In this document: positions 50,801 through 59,255 of the stretch, piece by piece | Layout: each line of letters begins with the position of its first letter | Position numbering within the stretch: position 1 is the first letter of the stretch | DNA from: a virus | DNA: 64,000 nt | Virus record (IMG/VR): IMGVR_UViG_3300045988_128739 | Span: 1 to 64,000 of that record | Strand: one strand, 5' to 3' | The notes under the pieces: generated by a model | What the model was told of the DNA's origin: nothing | Databases searched by the model: none | What the model saw: the letters and a program-made list of their open reading frames with translations, nothing else | Program-made: the position numbers and the translations under genes

Positions 50801-51552
50801 ATTCTTTCATCTATATCATTTATGGTCCGTGTAAAATCATTGTCAAATGCAGAAGATAACGTACCAGTCTTTATAAGATTATACGCAGCCGGGATAATAC
50901 CTACTACTCCTGATACACCATATAATGCTGTTTTTGTGACAAGTTTTCCTATGCCATTAACAGCCTTATTCCAAGTAGTTTGCCTTCTTCCATAATAATC
51001 TTCATTATCCCTTCCTGGCATATAACTTTTAAACTTTGCAAGACCGATGTTCCCATCGGATAAAAAGTCATATGCTTCATCTAACTTAATAGTTCTTCCT
51101 TTACCAAATACACCAAAATCAGCAGCAGATGACTGTTGATTACCAGCTATAACCTCACCATAAGACGTTTGTTTACCAGAATAAGTATTCCTTGATTTAT
51201 CTTGAATAGATTTTATCATGGAATTTAACTTATTATAAGACTCCTCTTTCTTCTTTCTTGGATCATCTCCACCATTCAGAGCCGATTTTAGTCCAGAAAA
51301 AGATGTGTCTACATCAAAAGAAGTATCTATTCTGCTAATATCAGATCCTTTTTCTGAATCATCATCAGGATTTATGGCTGATACCGGGGGAGTATATGAA
51401 CCTACTTTCATCCTCTCCATCTCTCTTTTTGCTCCCTCAATAAGAGAAGATTCTTCTTCATATCGCGTAGGAACTCCGGCATTATACCCTCTTAATCCAG
51501 TAGATGGTAAGAAACCTGATTTCTCTACCAATGTTTGTTCCTTGTTTTCCAT
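44836..51552 (-). CDS. giant virion protein (2238 aa), tape-measure/ejection-protein-like
   Basis: Gly/Ala-rich hydrophobic repeats (GAILSAYLTGGMGVSSLGAVGAKVGMRVAGKMAASKIAASAV...) followed by kilobases of coiled coil. Confidence 0.55.
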   Translation of the reverse strand: MENKEQTLVEKSGFLPSTGLRGYNAGVPTRYEEESSLIEGAKREMERMKVGSYTPPVSAINPDDDSEKGSDISRIDTSFDVDTSFSGLKSALNGGDDPRKKKEESYNKLNSMIKSIQDKSRNTYSGKQTSYGEVIAGNQQSSAADFGVFGKGRTIKLDEAYDFLSDGNIGLAKFKSYMPGRDNEDYYGRRQTTWNKAVNGIGKLVTKTALYGVSGVVGIIPAAYNLIKTGTLSSAFDNDFTRTINDIDERINHSLPHYYTREERDMGFLQSLGTANFIFNDVIGNGLSFTAGAILSAYLTGGMGVSSLGAVGAKVGMRVAGKMAASKIAASAVKSAFGAYRAGAMYGRAIGNMAKVGVNTFVGAGWESAVEAQSFMKDSESKYKEYFKNMYGRNPNQSEMAEFKSSISDTANSIFLANMGIVGLSNYLLLGKYLGVDTGFASKYIPGLKGVLDTYGGSKSFIDRYLFGLGTKKVAGDAGRLQTVKANLFQKSLATVWNVSKRPISEGVWEEGMQGVAQRMGEDFIRSRYDKTYLDATSSIVDSFSKAIAEQFTTKEGLKEIGIGALIGGLSGARNGAFGLYERRNKERTINTDVEKFNSNNAFTSQSVKDSMRNLAEFNAQMNDPESGYYSKFELSDRMGMLEDTANNFRSMVKSFDENELASEMKVDEETVKKYKEDIIKDFDKKLANYKKASSFAEAITAETSSDLYRSNVANAVFKGLDAEDIAMEASNDIADYVNDNNLFDDINAFYSLSSQAFDTVNQLRELRNEINDLNAEIERLATTPRRVEDGNDTEAEAIKQKTIKYDNLNKEYRRLSEYLLSSYKEVFYSFNPEVLALELFKSETITAEDILKAYDSVASLSTYIENNKGKKEAEDLRNMVVKYQQAITQYKVLRSFMNSIQDKKFMRHDFSLFSKFLNDMVSSNTKSIESDRFYQTEDNNISLDEKIDELLNNGEINSDEAFTMKVFGHLNDGITQKPKEDILSDFDYESAMEDLLFAPIEVKERIVDKIYTGNQDLLSPREKEIYEKYKQDIDDYISNLGDSPAKMIKDLSDKVRRLTEHRSVYEDNKAIIDMAKSNLEPDQRKELDDAISSYVDIMNRRDKGEKVDEDKLADSVFTIEDLGQVGNITDLLPYIEQNRIIDKGRISESTLSNFGEDDTNIDSLVNELDESDNTPGANIDSAQNPETLMVRRISNDGNERYEIAGLRADKFISSIKSLVPIQISSETNANGTKRYSLNIGGETATIIELPYHARWSIDKESARVLNRYTDVSIQDVGNSYSLVYKRLDSDELVPYRTGVGFGDNEVDKIDQEALSSLKKGDKVNLEIDVNDTYNQSLFAEYNDAVQSGDKKRIESAENKLVSNMVIKVMSGNRFVSVVKADTGGIDGISKIRRTAFNKWKKDAGRSATIGVGTHVVAQTLPGRPVFNMKVNGQGYGQVENLPITEKGAEKVSDVGYVLNGKVVLKNGSKYTGFPFAYSILNDKGNNYKNVRVPVVVIKGKNGLNYLFPVSLRSVESEEGRKWMSFIDMLLESGDSELLQMGQDDIQDLNAYLTKLGLDPASYQVSYLNPISGLRKAREAIEELSTVPDVVKWVEDGSRSVKDIVTSEVESGIDFEGEMFVAPKIRIQFGKSSSRPKSLIEDDLPFSDEGKTVTSKEDVDVYEEEMPEEGTILGTQPAPLAQPAPAAQAAQSLPGKKRTSRKNFSLMLNEIESHIEKEGLPSYANIFDFIARKIVGGDLRFLRERGNPKSLKEEMGLEPKGTVGDKISTPSSKGGKTLEEYVSWLRSQTDQVVVDYVGPRSDEQIISELKNFLKYINFVPSKALNYSLRVNGMDTLKEYGTKEEVEKMESDINSLVSKVLPTVDNKTVEDVSTAIKSNNLPAIWEPVESLDMTNEEKIEFLNNVADFLSGIPEYDAVVESIESESDNILNDGKEGSAEGGAVRTEEDGDKKGDGEGKGQSRTNVEVEGNVELPGSEEGRVDNYRKNGDKFSDIAEVTLWLLRRAAGITSIPEGEEVYVEGDEVNSIMTDMESRYGIDTINHSHTTKAIRDLNGVSGYKVEYGLTFLTYDPFIRISNPRKESKAEKDEPRISEEPLTHISRVTTPYFLYGGDEAYTSVPAKVEPIPEKIMGRNGIKFGMSVVELTKLGYKKAGGNWIYKFYMNSGVYDLYNISTGEAFRAKPNLGVKISSSAFIRSLSQSGRKIQNMMSNMSQEEIDRNKNLVEGSDNSDSINELNKEC

Positions 51553-51555
51553 ATG

Positions 51556-54500
51556 TTATTCCCTATTTACGCTATTCAACAACTTCATCAACTTGCCATT
51601 TTTATTCAAAGACGTAGGTAAATTACCTCCTTCTTTTGCCGCCACCATATCCTTAATCTCTTCTGTTATGGCTGCCACAACAAAATCAACTATTTTTTTC
51701 TGAGGCGCAACAGCAAGTTCTTTAGACACATTATCCGCAAACCATACATTAGGAGTATCAAACGAATCTATTAACTCAGGTTTACCATTCTCCATAAGAT
51801 AAAGCCTTGTCTCATATCCATAACCGTAACTTGTCTTAGGATCATAACCTTCAACCTTTACACCAAGCTTTCCACTGTTATCCAATATATCTTTAGCTGC
51901 ATTAAGAAGCCAAACCTTTTGTTCTGGCATATCATCTAAATTATTACCAGATTCATTTATCATATCTGATAACACTTTCATCATTGAAGATACAGAAGCA
52001 TAAGCGGGTGATATATCTGAATTTTCAAGCATCTTCGGATACCACATATTAGTATCACTTCCAAATGTAGGTCTTATAATACCACTTTCATATCCACCTA
52101 TATCGACAGAAGGAGTATTAACACCAGGATCTATACCATTGTTTATCAACTCTGTTTCAGACACCTCAACAATATCCATCTCTCCTCTTTCACCGGTATG
52201 ATTAGCGACCAAACTGTAAGTCTTCTCTCCATTGTCGGCTATTCCCGATTCTGTCAAAGAAAATGATTCAATGGTTGCCGATGATGATTTAGATTTACCA
52301 ACAGGATGCTCTGCCATTTTCTTAGTAAATAGATCCCTGAGAACCCCCATCTCTCTATAACCAGCCTCCTTGGAGGTTAATTTGGTTGAATACGTTACTG
52401 TATTAGGTGAATACAGTTCGAGATATTCTTTACGTATCTCTTTTATACCATCATCCTGAACCTTAGTTATTTGATCAGCCATATTAATATCACTTACCGC
52501 ATAGGTTCCAGCACCTTCCATTCCACAAATAGAGTACAGTGCATTAAAAAACACATTTTCTTCACCATCCGAGAAACTATTTTTTACATCATCGTATTTT
52601 TTTAAGAAATACCTGCCACTTTCGCTATCCCACTCAAATACTTTAGATAAATCAATGCCATCATTTTTCACCCTCTTTCTTATAGTAACCATATCAGCAG
52701 ATGAGAATCCTTTTTCATAATATCTTACTCCAGCTTCTACATCGCCAACTACACCTCTATTTTTTCTTAAAATATCATTAAGGGATAACGCTGTAGCATA
52801 GGCTATATATCCTTCGGGCTTACCTCCTTCCTTCTGCGCGATCGCATTTGCTATTTCAGATACAATATTATCATAAATCCTGTTCTCCTTCTTAATTCTA
52901 TCATTCTCTATATCCATCTTGTCTACAGCACTATTAAGCTGCATATAAGCGTCTGTAGCAGCTTTTCTCTCTGCCATAGGTAGCTTATCAAACATATCAT
53001 TAGAAAGACCTCCATTGTCCTTTATGTACTTAAGAAGTTTTTCTTCATCCATAAGATACTTGTATCCTGATGTTTCATCTGTCATATTTCTTGATATAGC
53101 AGCTTGAATATTTTTCATGTTCTCGGCACCAAGAGCTGTAGATAACCGACTTCCAGATGTAACAAGATCGGTATATGCTTTATTAAACTTCTTATGGGTC
53201 TCTCCTGATATGTTAATATTTTTCGTCTCGATAGGATTAGCCGAAATAGTTCCACCTAAGTTCGTGCCGACGCCCACCTGCATGGCACGGCTCCCTGCTC
53301 TACCGCCTGCCGCCCCTGCACCAGAGGACATAAGTTTTGCTATTCTGGCTTCATTAAGCCTATTCTGCATCTTCAGACGTTCTTCGTCTAATCCAAATCC
53401 GGCTTCATCCTTATTCTTACCATATTCAAACTCTGCAATACCCCTATTTCTTTCATATTCAAATTCTATCTTCCATTTTTCGAAATTCAAATTAGCTAAT
53501 CTTTCCCTCTGATTATATTCTTTGGTTTTCCAGTAAAGCTCGTCGGCTTTGATTATGAAAGACGAATTATCATAAGCATATGAAGCAGCAGCATTATTAA
53601 TAAAATTATTTTCAATAACCTTCATCGCTCCAAGATACGGATCGTAAGCCCTTTCATCCATTCTGCTAAATTCAGATTTCATGGAAGCTATTTCAGATTT
53701 GGCTCTCTTTATTTCATTTTCAACCATTTCTTTCTTTGCAGGATCAGAACCCAAACCGGAAAGATCGGCAGTAAGAGCATCAACATACCTCTGCTTATCA
53801 CTTATCTGCTTATTCATAAAACCAAGAACAGAATCATACGAATATAAAGAGGGATTAGAGTCTACCATGTAAATAGCCTCCACCTGCATCTGCTGCCTTG
53901 CTTTATCTGATAACCCTGACAATGCAAAAGAAGCTATCTGTTCAGGAGTAAGCATATCCTTAGTTACTTCTTGTACTGCCCCGGTAGGATGACCATCCTT
54001 GTCAAGAATAGGAATCTGAACTTTAGCTCCTTTATGAAGCTTGCTTATAAAATCTATCCTATCTTTTAATTCCTTATTATAATCAGTATAAGGAGTATAT
54101 TGAAGAGGAGCAAGACGGGAACCAGCCTTTCCATCATTCACCCATTCATTATACGGCTTTAAAGCCGCATAAGCATTCGCAGCAGAATAAAGTTCTGGAT
54201 TATTTATTTGTAAATCAGATAGCATTTTATGCATTCTCCTGCCTTCTTTTGTGCCGGCAATCGCGTTAATAACCGTATCATCCAACACCGAACTGATCTC
54301 TCCTTGTATGGCTCTCGTAACACCATCAGAAGAAAGATCCACGCCTTTGAATTTTTGATTGATGTTAGCAATCACACCTGACATCTTATCTTCCATATAA
54401 GCACGGGCTTCAGGCTTATCTATCTCTTGACCCATAAGATAATCTACCTGGGTATAGATCTTTTCACGAGCAGCATCAACCTTCTGCTGTTTGTACATCA

Positions 54501-54579
54501 TGACATCCTTAACAAGATCTATGTTGTAAGGACTAACATACGGGGCATATTGCCTTAAAATACTATATTGTGAAGCCAT
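51556..54579 (-). CDS. large virion protein (1007 aa)
   Basis: ORF with a Gly-rich segment SSGAGAAGGRAGSRAMQVGVGTNLGG. Confidence 0.55.
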   Translation of the reverse strand: MASQYSILRQYAPYVSPYNIDLVKDVMMYKQQKVDAAREKIYTQVDYLMGQEIDKPEARAYMEDKMSGVIANINQKFKGVDLSSDGVTRAIQGEISSVLDDTVINAIAGTKEGRRMHKMLSDLQINNPELYSAANAYAALKPYNEWVNDGKAGSRLAPLQYTPYTDYNKELKDRIDFISKLHKGAKVQIPILDKDGHPTGAVQEVTKDMLTPEQIASFALSGLSDKARQQMQVEAIYMVDSNPSLYSYDSVLGFMNKQISDKQRYVDALTADLSGLGSDPAKKEMVENEIKRAKSEIASMKSEFSRMDERAYDPYLGAMKVIENNFINNAAASYAYDNSSFIIKADELYWKTKEYNQRERLANLNFEKWKIEFEYERNRGIAEFEYGKNKDEAGFGLDEERLKMQNRLNEARIAKLMSSGAGAAGGRAGSRAMQVGVGTNLGGTISANPIETKNINISGETHKKFNKAYTDLVTSGSRLSTALGAENMKNIQAAISRNMTDETSGYKYLMDEEKLLKYIKDNGGLSNDMFDKLPMAERKAATDAYMQLNSAVDKMDIENDRIKKENRIYDNIVSEIANAIAQKEGGKPEGYIAYATALSLNDILRKNRGVVGDVEAGVRYYEKGFSSADMVTIRKRVKNDGIDLSKVFEWDSESGRYFLKKYDDVKNSFSDGEENVFFNALYSICGMEGAGTYAVSDINMADQITKVQDDGIKEIRKEYLELYSPNTVTYSTKLTSKEAGYREMGVLRDLFTKKMAEHPVGKSKSSSATIESFSLTESGIADNGEKTYSLVANHTGERGEMDIVEVSETELINNGIDPGVNTPSVDIGGYESGIIRPTFGSDTNMWYPKMLENSDISPAYASVSSMMKVLSDMINESGNNLDDMPEQKVWLLNAAKDILDNSGKLGVKVEGYDPKTSYGYGYETRLYLMENGKPELIDSFDTPNVWFADNVSKELAVAPQKKIVDFVVAAITEEIKDMVAAKEGGNLPTSLNKNGKLMKLLNSVNRE

Positions 54580-57437
54580 CAGCTATTTCTCCTTCTCTTT
54601 TTATATTTATCTTCTTCATCATCCTCCAAGCTCTTCAAATAAGGTGTAGAATAATCACCCATATTCATCACATCCTGATTACCTTGAACGTAAATAATTT
54701 GGCCACTTGGAAGCATTCTCATATTCGGAGCTATGGAAGCTATGGTATTCAACGATGTACGAACATTGAACTTATTCTGTATTTCGCTGTTTATGCTATC
54801 ATAATAACGAGCAAGATTTTCATCCCTTATAGCCATAGCCTTCAATAACCCAGATTCATAACGTTGCCTTTCCGCTATGTTCTTATCGTCTGTCTGAACA
54901 TAAGCCATTTCATTGAATCTATCAGCTTCGTTTATTTGCCTTGCGTTATTGAAATTTACTTCGTTAATGTACTTGGCTATATTGCTTCCGGCTATGGCGT
55001 TCATATTAGCCAGAATAGCAGAGCGCTGGGAGTCGGGCACGTCACCTACTGCGTCCAACTGAGCCGATGTCGCGCGGTTGAGCTCGTTGATATACTGATC
55101 AGCAGATTGCAGAACCGGATCTATTCTCGGAGCCTGATGCCTTTCCAATCCCTCTATCTCCAAGCCTGTATCGAGCGTTCTCAGCATCTCCGGGAAGATA
55201 GGACCGAACGCCGCCGGTCTGTCCTGTCCTTTAGGTCCGTTGTCTTCAACCACCTCCTCTGTATCGGTGTCGGTTGCAGTCGTAGGCGTACTTGCTTTCG
55301 GTTTTACCTCTATCCTTCCAGGAGATCCAATCTTAGGCGGTGTAAGGCCTGGTGCTATGGGACCGGCCTCAATAGGCTTCATTTCTGGTTTAACAGACTC
55401 AAGAACGAAGTCTATTTCCGGCATTAACCCACTATCTCTTAAAGCAACAAACTTATTATAATCGGAGCCCAGAATCTTCTTAGCGGCATCAGATTTATCA
55501 CCAAATAAGTCAACATAATTCTTTATCCCTTTTTCGTTTAACAATCTTTTTTGCTCTGCCGAAACAACATCCAACCCATAATAAGAACGAGTAGCTGTTG
55601 TCTGACCAAACTTATCATCTACGGCAAATGAATTATAAGCCTGATTCCCTCCGTAGCTTCCGGCGTCCTGGCCCCAGAATCCGTATTCATCTCTGAATTT
55701 CTTGGCTGCATCAGCATTCGTAATAGCGCCTACATCAGCTAACGCCCACAATGCATTTAATTGCCTGTTGTATCCTTTCTGGAAACCTTCTGTATCAAAA
55801 TCACCATCCGTATTGTACTTGTTAGCCCATCGGTTTATGTCGAGCAAATTAGATACCGCCTTATCATTTACCCTGCCGTATCCTAAATTGCTTCTATGTT
55901 GGAGATTCTGGTTGGCATTGACACTGGAATCAGGATTAAGAATCTGCTCACGACCACTAACATCAGATACAGTCATATTAAGAGTTCGTCCAAATAACTG
56001 ATTGATAAGCTTATTGTAGCCGATAGCATTCTTTCTAAGTTCCTCCAGCTCCTTCTGAGTAGGTCCACCTTCAGCCATTTTTCTGGTTTGCTTAACATAC
56101 TCGTCATATATCCAGTTCTTAGCATCTGATTCTGCAATATTAAAAGCCTTAGCTTGTTTCTTTACCTGATTCAGATCAACAACCCCGCCATCCCTGAAAA
56201 AAGCATCCATCTTCTCGTTACGCTTAGATTCTTCCTGTTTGCCATAAACGATTTCAGCGAAAGAACGAAATTGTGCTTCAAGCTCGTCTATCTCTTTCTG
56301 GTTTTCATTGACGTACTTGGAAAGAATAGAAACATTAAGATTAGATGTGTTTTTGTCTTTTACATCTTCATTTTTCTCTAATCTCTTATATACACGCTCC
56401 TGATCTTCGTACTTATCAGACAAACCAATCTTCTTCTTATATCGATCAAGGAGTGTAGCATACGTATCTTTTGACGTTGCCTTAATACCATAATTTTCTC
56501 TAACGTAAGAGGCAAACTCATCATCTATCTTACGATAATCGGAAACAATATAAGCCTCTGGCAAATCAACCGGAGTGCCACCATTTTCATGTCTGTTCCC
56601 TTTGGCTTCCATAGGCCCTACGGAGTCAGGAGTCAGCACATACTCGCCTTTCTCTATCTCTACATTCGCAGCATCTTCCATAGACTTGGGAAGAGGATAA
56701 ATATATTCGCCGGTCATATCAGACGTATCCATCTTCTGACCGTTACCTAAATTCACGCCACCACCTTCACGTTCCCACTTGATGAATTGCTGACGACGCT
56801 CCTTGGCAAGTTTTTCCCTCACTGCCTGCTCGTCTCTGCTGGCTGCATACGCAGCAGATGAAGCTCCCATGATATTACGGGTAAGACCTAATCCTAAACT
56901 AACACCAGACAAGGCCGCTTGAGCCACATTAGCACCGACCTTATTACCGGCTCTTATCCGGCCAAGACTTGTACCGAACATTTGAGCTCTGCCGGTTAGA
57001 TCGGGTGAATAATATGGGGTAGTCATAGGATCAAGAGGATTACCATCTTGGGAACGTTTTTCTTTAGAGGAATCAGCATCAACACCACCTACATTCATTG
57101 CATTATCAACGACTGATTTCTCTACGTTTTTAACCATACCCCTATTATCAGCGAGATATCCTGCATATCCTGCATCATTGTTTTCAAAAAACGGATCGGA
57201 TGTAGGCATACTACTAAATGGATTTATCTCCCCCTCCTCTGTTTCTAAAATCACATCAGAAGGCATATATATATTCTGAATATCAGATTCACCCCATTTA
57301 TTAACAGGCGTTCCATAATCAAGAATAGGCTGAGTAGAGGATACATTAATATCCTGTTTCTTATCCTGAACACTACCGCCAGGAGCGAATATCGGACGAT
57401 TTTTTATGATTCGTAATTTCATACTATCTTTTTTCAC
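54579..57437 (-). CDS. large virion protein (952 aa)
   Basis: ORF whose stop overlaps the start of the downstream gene. Confidence 0.55.
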   Translation of the reverse strand: MKKDSMKLRIIKNRPIFAPGGSVQDKKQDINVSSTQPILDYGTPVNKWGESDIQNIYMPSDVILETEEGEINPFSSMPTSDPFFENNDAGYAGYLADNRGMVKNVEKSVVDNAMNVGGVDADSSKEKRSQDGNPLDPMTTPYYSPDLTGRAQMFGTSLGRIRAGNKVGANVAQAALSGVSLGLGLTRNIMGASSAAYAASRDEQAVREKLAKERRQQFIKWEREGGGVNLGNGQKMDTSDMTGEYIYPLPKSMEDAANVEIEKGEYVLTPDSVGPMEAKGNRHENGGTPVDLPEAYIVSDYRKIDDEFASYVRENYGIKATSKDTYATLLDRYKKKIGLSDKYEDQERVYKRLEKNEDVKDKNTSNLNVSILSKYVNENQKEIDELEAQFRSFAEIVYGKQEESKRNEKMDAFFRDGGVVDLNQVKKQAKAFNIAESDAKNWIYDEYVKQTRKMAEGGPTQKELEELRKNAIGYNKLINQLFGRTLNMTVSDVSGREQILNPDSSVNANQNLQHRSNLGYGRVNDKAVSNLLDINRWANKYNTDGDFDTEGFQKGYNRQLNALWALADVGAITNADAAKKFRDEYGFWGQDAGSYGGNQAYNSFAVDDKFGQTTATRSYYGLDVVSAEQKRLLNEKGIKNYVDLFGDKSDAAKKILGSDYNKFVALRDSGLMPEIDFVLESVKPEMKPIEAGPIAPGLTPPKIGSPGRIEVKPKASTPTTATDTDTEEVVEDNGPKGQDRPAAFGPIFPEMLRTLDTGLEIEGLERHQAPRIDPVLQSADQYINELNRATSAQLDAVGDVPDSQRSAILANMNAIAGSNIAKYINEVNFNNARQINEADRFNEMAYVQTDDKNIAERQRYESGLLKAMAIRDENLARYYDSINSEIQNKFNVRTSLNTIASIAPNMRMLPSGQIIYVQGNQDVMNMGDYSTPYLKSLEDDEEDKYKKRRRNS

Positions 57438-57490
57438 AAAGATAAGAGAAACGAACGAGAAAATCCAACGTTATGGGATACGTTTAAAAA

Positions 57491-58510
57491 TCAATCATGT
57501 ACGGCAGACAAACCGCCCGAATCAGGGTCGTACTTAAGACCGCATGCCCGGCGATAGTTCTTAAGCGCTCTCTTGTACAAAAACAGCACTGTCTTGGAAA
57601 CTATTTTCTTCATAGATTTGGTTAAAACCTCTTCTGTTGAAACAGACATCAGACAGCTATTCAAAAACGACCTGACATTGGAACCGAACAAGATCTTCAC
57701 CATTTTTCTAAACGTTCTAAAAAGATATGATGCAGAAAGAGACTTTAACCCATTGCGAACCAGTCTCTTATTCAAATACGAAACAGCCTTTTCAGATAGA
57801 CAGAGCCTATTCTTTCCTTCGCTATCTACCTCTGATGAAAACCACGAATATAAAGTGGTAGGATGTTTCTTAAGGTGATTGATGAAGGAAGTCATTATCC
57901 CTTCTTTTAAAGCCCTTTTGTGGGCTACGCATGCAGCAATCTTCTCTTCTCTTTTTAAAGAGCTGTCAAGGCATCTAAACACCGTCCTATCGTCTCCGAT
58001 GAAATACTGAGGACGTTCTTCCTTGAACTTAGCCCGATAAGCGGCATATCCTTCCTTACGAAGCATATCTATCTGAGACCGGATATAGAACCTTACACAC
58101 TTTTCTTCAGCCTCTTGCACGCTTTTAAGATAAGGAACTGACTTTCTCCCATATCGAAGATAATCATAAACCATAGCCTCAATAAAGTCATTGTACGGAA
58201 AGAATCTTCCAAATCCAAAGTTCCAAACTATGAAACATCGCACTCTATCTTTCCAGTAATCAGATATGAGAAAGTTGCTACAATATCTCAACCTCTTGTC
58301 TTTCTGATAGAAATGATGAGTATGTTTGTCATAAAATAGATTAAAATATCTCAAATTGCCTAAACACTGACCGGCTGGACGGCGTACTACATTGTACCCT
58401 AAGTTGCTGAAGCTATTATATATAACTTCTATCGGAGAGACCTGCTCTTTCTTGAAGAGTTTGTCGTGTAACTTGTGAGGATTCATTATTTCAGTTATTT
58501 TTGTCTCCAT
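57491..58510 (-). CDS. hypothetical protein (339 aa)
   Basis: ORF. A TATATTTG -7 motif lies 20 nt upstream. Confidence 0.45.
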   Translation of the reverse strand: METKITEIMNPHKLHDKLFKKEQVSPIEVIYNSFSNLGYNVVRRPAGQCLGNLRYFNLFYDKHTHHFYQKDKRLRYCSNFLISDYWKDRVRCFIVWNFGFGRFFPYNDFIEAMVYDYLRYGRKSVPYLKSVQEAEEKCVRFYIRSQIDMLRKEGYAAYRAKFKEERPQYFIGDDRTVFRCLDSSLKREEKIAACVAHKRALKEGIMTSFINHLKKHPTTLYSWFSSEVDSEGKNRLCLSEKAVSYLNKRLVRNGLKSLSASYLFRTFRKMVKILFGSNVRSFLNSCLMSVSTEEVLTKSMKKIVSKTVLFLYKRALKNYRRACGLKYDPDSGGLSAVHD

Positions 58511-58529
58511 ATTGTTTGTTTGTTTAGTG

Positions 58530-58537
58530 CAAATATA
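58530..58537 (-). promoter_or_regulatory. Bacteroidota-type -7 element TATATTTG (- strand)
   Basis: Reverse complement of caaatata, 20 nt upstream of the ATG at 58510. Confidence 0.3.
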
Positions 58538-58568
58538 TGATTTTATATAAAAAGAAGAAAATGCACTG

Positions 58569-58614
58569 CCTTGTATCCGGTTTGAGAGAAATAGGATACA
58601 AGGTTTTTTATTTT
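58569..58614 (+). terminator. canonical intrinsic-terminator structure on the + strand (CCTTGTATCC-14 nt-GGATACAAGG followed by TTTTTTATTTT)
   Basis: 10-bp stem plus a T-run, in a region where both flanking genes are on the - strand. Confidence 0.4.
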
Positions 58615-58833
58615 ATGACGGTTTGGATAAGAGACAGGAAAACGACTCTGAACGTAACCGGCTGACCGTCAGTGGTGGGACAACAAATCTTGAATTAAAA
58701 CTACGCCTATGAATAGTCTCCGTTTTCCTTAATATTAAGACCATTTTCAATGATCTTACTCATTATATTATTTATATTATTTTATATACTTTACCATTTA
58801 TTCATATAATTGTTTACAGTGAATGAACTTAAC

Positions 58834-58937
58834 GACCGAAGGGAGTTAAGTGAGTGAACGGATTGACAAATTATTTTTTCCGTCATCGTATTGTTCGCCT
58901 AATTGTGTGAAAAGATTGAGTATCGTGACCGAAGGGA
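58834..58937. repeat. direct repeats GACCGAAGGGA (58834 and 58927, 93 bp apart) plus CGACTGAA repeats
   Basis: Read from the sequence. They lie in a 745-bp ORF-free region. Confidence 0.3.
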
Positions 58938-59156
58938 ACGATGCGAAAGAACATATAACATTTAAAAAACGACTGAACCTATCGACTGAAAGGAGATAGG
59001 TGATGGAGTGACGTTAATAGTTATATTAGGTAGCCAGTGGAGAATTAGGCAGGCTGGTAGGCGAGACGGGCGTCCATGCCCGTCAGGACAGTAGAGGTAC
59101 GTAGGTCTGTTCTGTTAAACCAAGGCGATGATAGTTCCATCCTTCACGAAATCGCA

Positions 59157-59227
59157 CAAAAAAGCCGGATTATCTTGATATCGTTCTTCAACCTTCGGTA
59201 TCCGCATAACGAGTCTCAAATCCGGCT
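59157..59227 (-). terminator. intrinsic terminator of the lysozyme-domain gene (AAGCCGGATT ... AATCCGGCTT followed by T6 on the - strand)
   Basis: 10-bp stem with a large loop, 30 nt downstream of the stop at 59256. Confidence 0.45.
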
Positions 59228-59255
59228 TCGCTTCATGAGAAATAAAATAATTGTT

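Noticed and set aside
57491-58510. HTHH and YRAKFKEE in the 339-aa protein resemble rolling-circle Rep motifs 2 and 3.
   Set aside because: The motif order and spacing are wrong for HUH Reps: the candidate motif 1 follows motif 2, and no second Tyr is in the right context.
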